DNA from: Chiloscyllium plagiosum
Taxonomy: Eukaryota
Direction of reading: 5' to 3'
NCBI RefSeq assembly: GCF_004010195.1
Contig: NC_057720.1
Span: 3,063,425 to 3,109,660, forward strand
DNA: 46,236 nucleotides
A program made the position numbers and the translations under genes. Below are positions 43,902 through 46,236 of the stretch, piece by piece (position 1 is the stretch's first letter; every line of letters starts with the position of its first letter). The notes under the pieces were generated by a model. The model did not search any database and was not told the DNA's origin. It saw only the letters and a program-made list of their open reading frames with translations.

Positions 43902-44208
43902 GGGGCAGCATGGTGGCTCAGTGGTTAGCGCTGCTGCCTCACAGTGCCAGGGACCCAGGTTCAATTCCAGCCTTGGGTGACTGTGTGGCATTCTCCCCGT
44001 GTCTGTGTGGGTTTCCTCCAGGTGCTCCGGTTTCCTCCAACAGTCACAAAGATGTGCAGTCTGGGTGAATTGGCCATGCTAAATTGCCCATAGTGTTCGG
44101 TACATTAGTCATAGGGAAATGGGTTCTGGGGGTTACTCTTCAGAGGGTCTGGGTGGACTTGTTGAGCTGAAGGGCCTGTTTCCACACTGTAGGGAATCTA
44201 ATCTAATC
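43902..44208 (+). mobile_element. HE1-type V-SINE
   Basis: ggggcagcatggtggctcagtggttagcgctgctgcctcacag..ggttcaattcc..gggaatctaatctaatc. Confidence 0.9.
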
Positions 44209-45529
44209 GAATCTGGATGGAAAGTGTTCCATCAGACAGACACAGCATGGATTCAGGAAGGGAAGGTCATATTTGACAAACGTACTGGAGTTCTTTGAGG
44301 ATGTAACAAGTGCAGTGGATGGAGGAAAACAGGTGGCTGTTGTATACTCGGATTTCCAGAAGGTGTTTGATAAGGTGCCGCATAAAAGACTCATGCATAA
44401 GAATGCATGGAGTTACAGGGAATGTACTAGCATGGATAGAGGACTGGTTAACTAATAGAAAGCAGATAATTGGGATAAATGAGTGTTTCTGTAGTTGGAG
44501 ATCAGTGGTGAGTGGGGTGCCACAGAGGTTGGTCTTGGACCTGCAACCGTTCATGATGTATATAAATGATTTGGAAGAGGAGACTGAGTGTATTGTATCC
44601 AAGTTTGCCAATGACACTAAATTGAGTGGAAAGGCAGACTATGCAGAGAGTGTGGAGGGTCTGCAGAGAGATTTAGATAGGTTAAGTGAGTGGGCAAGGG
44701 TCTAGCAGATGGAGTACAATGCAGGTAAGTTTGTGGTTATCCACTTTGGAAATAAAAGTAGTAGGTCAGAGTATTATTTAAATGGTGAAGGATTGCAGCA
44801 TGCTGTTGTGCAGAGGGACTTAGGAGTACTCATACATGAATCACTAAAAGTTGATTTGCAGGTGCAACCAGTAATCAGGAAGCAAACGGAATATTAGGTT
44901 TCATTGCTACAGGGATTGACTTTAAGAGAAGGGAGGTTCTGCTGCACTTGTGCAAGATGTTAGTGAGGCCATACCTGGAATATTGTGCGTAGTTCTGGTC
45001 TCCTTACTTGAGGAAGGATATATTGGCTTTGGCGGCAGTGCAGAGTAGGTTCACCAGGTTGATTCCAAAGATGAGGGAATTACCCTATGAGGAGAGATTG
45101 AACCGCCTGGGAGTGTATTCGTGAGAATTTAGAAGAATGAGAGGGTATCTTATAGAAACATATAAAATTATGACAGGGATAGATAAGGTAGAGGCAGGCA
45201 AGTTGTTTCCACTGATGGGTGAGACTAGGACTGGGGGACATGGCCTCAAGGTTAGGGGGAGTAGATTTAGGACAGAGGTGAGGAGGATCTGCTTCTCCCA
45301 AAGAGTAATGAATCTATGGAATTCTTTGCCCAAGGAAGCAGTAGAGGCAGCTTCATTACATATATTCAAGACACAGTTGGATGGGTTTTTGCATGGTAAG
45401 GGAATTAAGGGTTATGGGGATAATGCAGGTAGGAGGAGCTGAGACAATGGATAGATCAGACATGATCGTAATGAATGGTGGAGCAGGTTCGATGGGCCAA
45501 ATGGCCTACCCTTGCTTCTATTACAATGA

Positions 45530-45810
45530 GGGAGGGGATCTCTCAGATGGAGGGTAAAGAGAGGAACTGAGAAGGAGGGAGAATGGGAGAAGGAAGGAGA
45601 GAAGAAAGGGAGAATGGGCAGGAGAGGAAGAGTAGGGAGAGGGATGGCGGGAAGGTAGGAAAAGGTTGGAAAATGAGGAAGAGAAAAGAAGAGAGAGTGG
45701 GCAGAGGGTTGGGAAGGAGAGGGAGGAGGAGTGAAAGAAGGACGGAGTGAGGAGGAGGGACAGAGGAGAGAAGAGGGAGAGAGGGGAGAAGAGGGACAGG
45801 GGAGGGGATG
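45530..45810. repeat. Polypurine (GA-rich) low-complexity tract; similar tracts at 39715-39900 and 46145-46236
   Basis: Almost pure G/A on the plus strand. Confidence 0.85.
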
Positions 45811-45811
45811 G

Positions 45812-46142
45812 AGAGTCATAGAGTCATACAGCACGGAAACACACCCTTTGGTCCAGTCAGTCCATGTGATCAGAATCACAAACTAAACTGGTCCCATCTC
45901 CTGAGTTTGACCCATGTGCGCCCAAACCTTTCCCATTCATGTATTTATCCATATGTATTTAAACATTGTAGCTGTAGCCGCGTTCACTACTTTCTCTGGA
46001 AGTTCATTCCACACATGAACCACTCTGTGTAAAAATAGTTGCCCCTCCTGTTCTTTTGAAATCTTTCTTCTCTCTCCTTAAAAATCTACCCGTTCATCTT
46101 GAACTCCCCCACTGGGGAAAATGCCCTGGTTATTCACCTTAT
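45812..46142 (-). mobile_element. CR1 3' end
   Basis: agagtcatagagtcatacagcacggaaac tail and typical 3' body. Confidence 0.8.
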
Positions 46143-46236
46143 TGAGGGAGAGAGGAGGACGGGGGGACAGGGGGTACAGGGAGAGGGAGAGAGGAGGGAC
46201 AGGGGAGAGGGAGGGGGTACAGGGAAAGGGAGAGAG

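Larger units (their letters stand above)
39900..45530 (+). mobile_element. Near full-length decayed CR1 LINE (ORF1 SGNH esterase, ORF2 APE endonuclease plus RT, 3' tail) with four nested insertions
   Basis: GDSLVRGTDRRFC/VCCLPDARVRDV; GGGVALLIK..VGVVYRPPN; MGDFN; RPVSLTSV; DFQKVFDKVPH; SKFANDTKL; 3' tail at ~45525. Confidence 0.92.

Noticed and set aside
45412..45879. 155-aa Pro/Ser/Leu-rich ORF and possible triplex/G4 tract
   Set aside because: Translation of a low-complexity polypurine tract; no evidence of function

Overview
Vertebrate genomic DNA, almost certainly a shark or other elasmobranch, judged from HE1/V-SINEs, SacSINE1-like Deu-SINEs, dense CR1 LINEs and Penelope-like elements. 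There are three assembly gaps near the start. One intact protein-coding gene is present: a 5-exon CCN1/CYR61-family gene on the minus strand (CDS 25845->22843, 364 aa, all 38 domain cysteines, all introns GT-AG). It has a readable promoter (TATA, CRE-like, tandem TEAD, CArG) and a ~1.2 kb 3'UTR ending in an ARE/Pumilio/AAUAAA block. Most of the rest is nested, decayed retroelements. The most notable signals are: (i) three Penelope-derived families each carrying a minimal type I hammerhead ribozyme motif, often in fold-back elements with TSDs, one of them inside the CCN1 3'UTR; (ii) a stop-free intron 4 whose retention would replace the CT domain with a hydrophobic TM-like segment; (iii) a tRNA-Trp-derived copy with a CCG anticodon and a near-CCA tail; (iv) a 166-bp direct duplication flanking a 5'-end CR1 fragment; (v) TE-free islands with TEAD/CArG motifs. 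Repeat boundaries are read by eye and approximate. Comparisons to other species and repeat families are from memory, not database searches.
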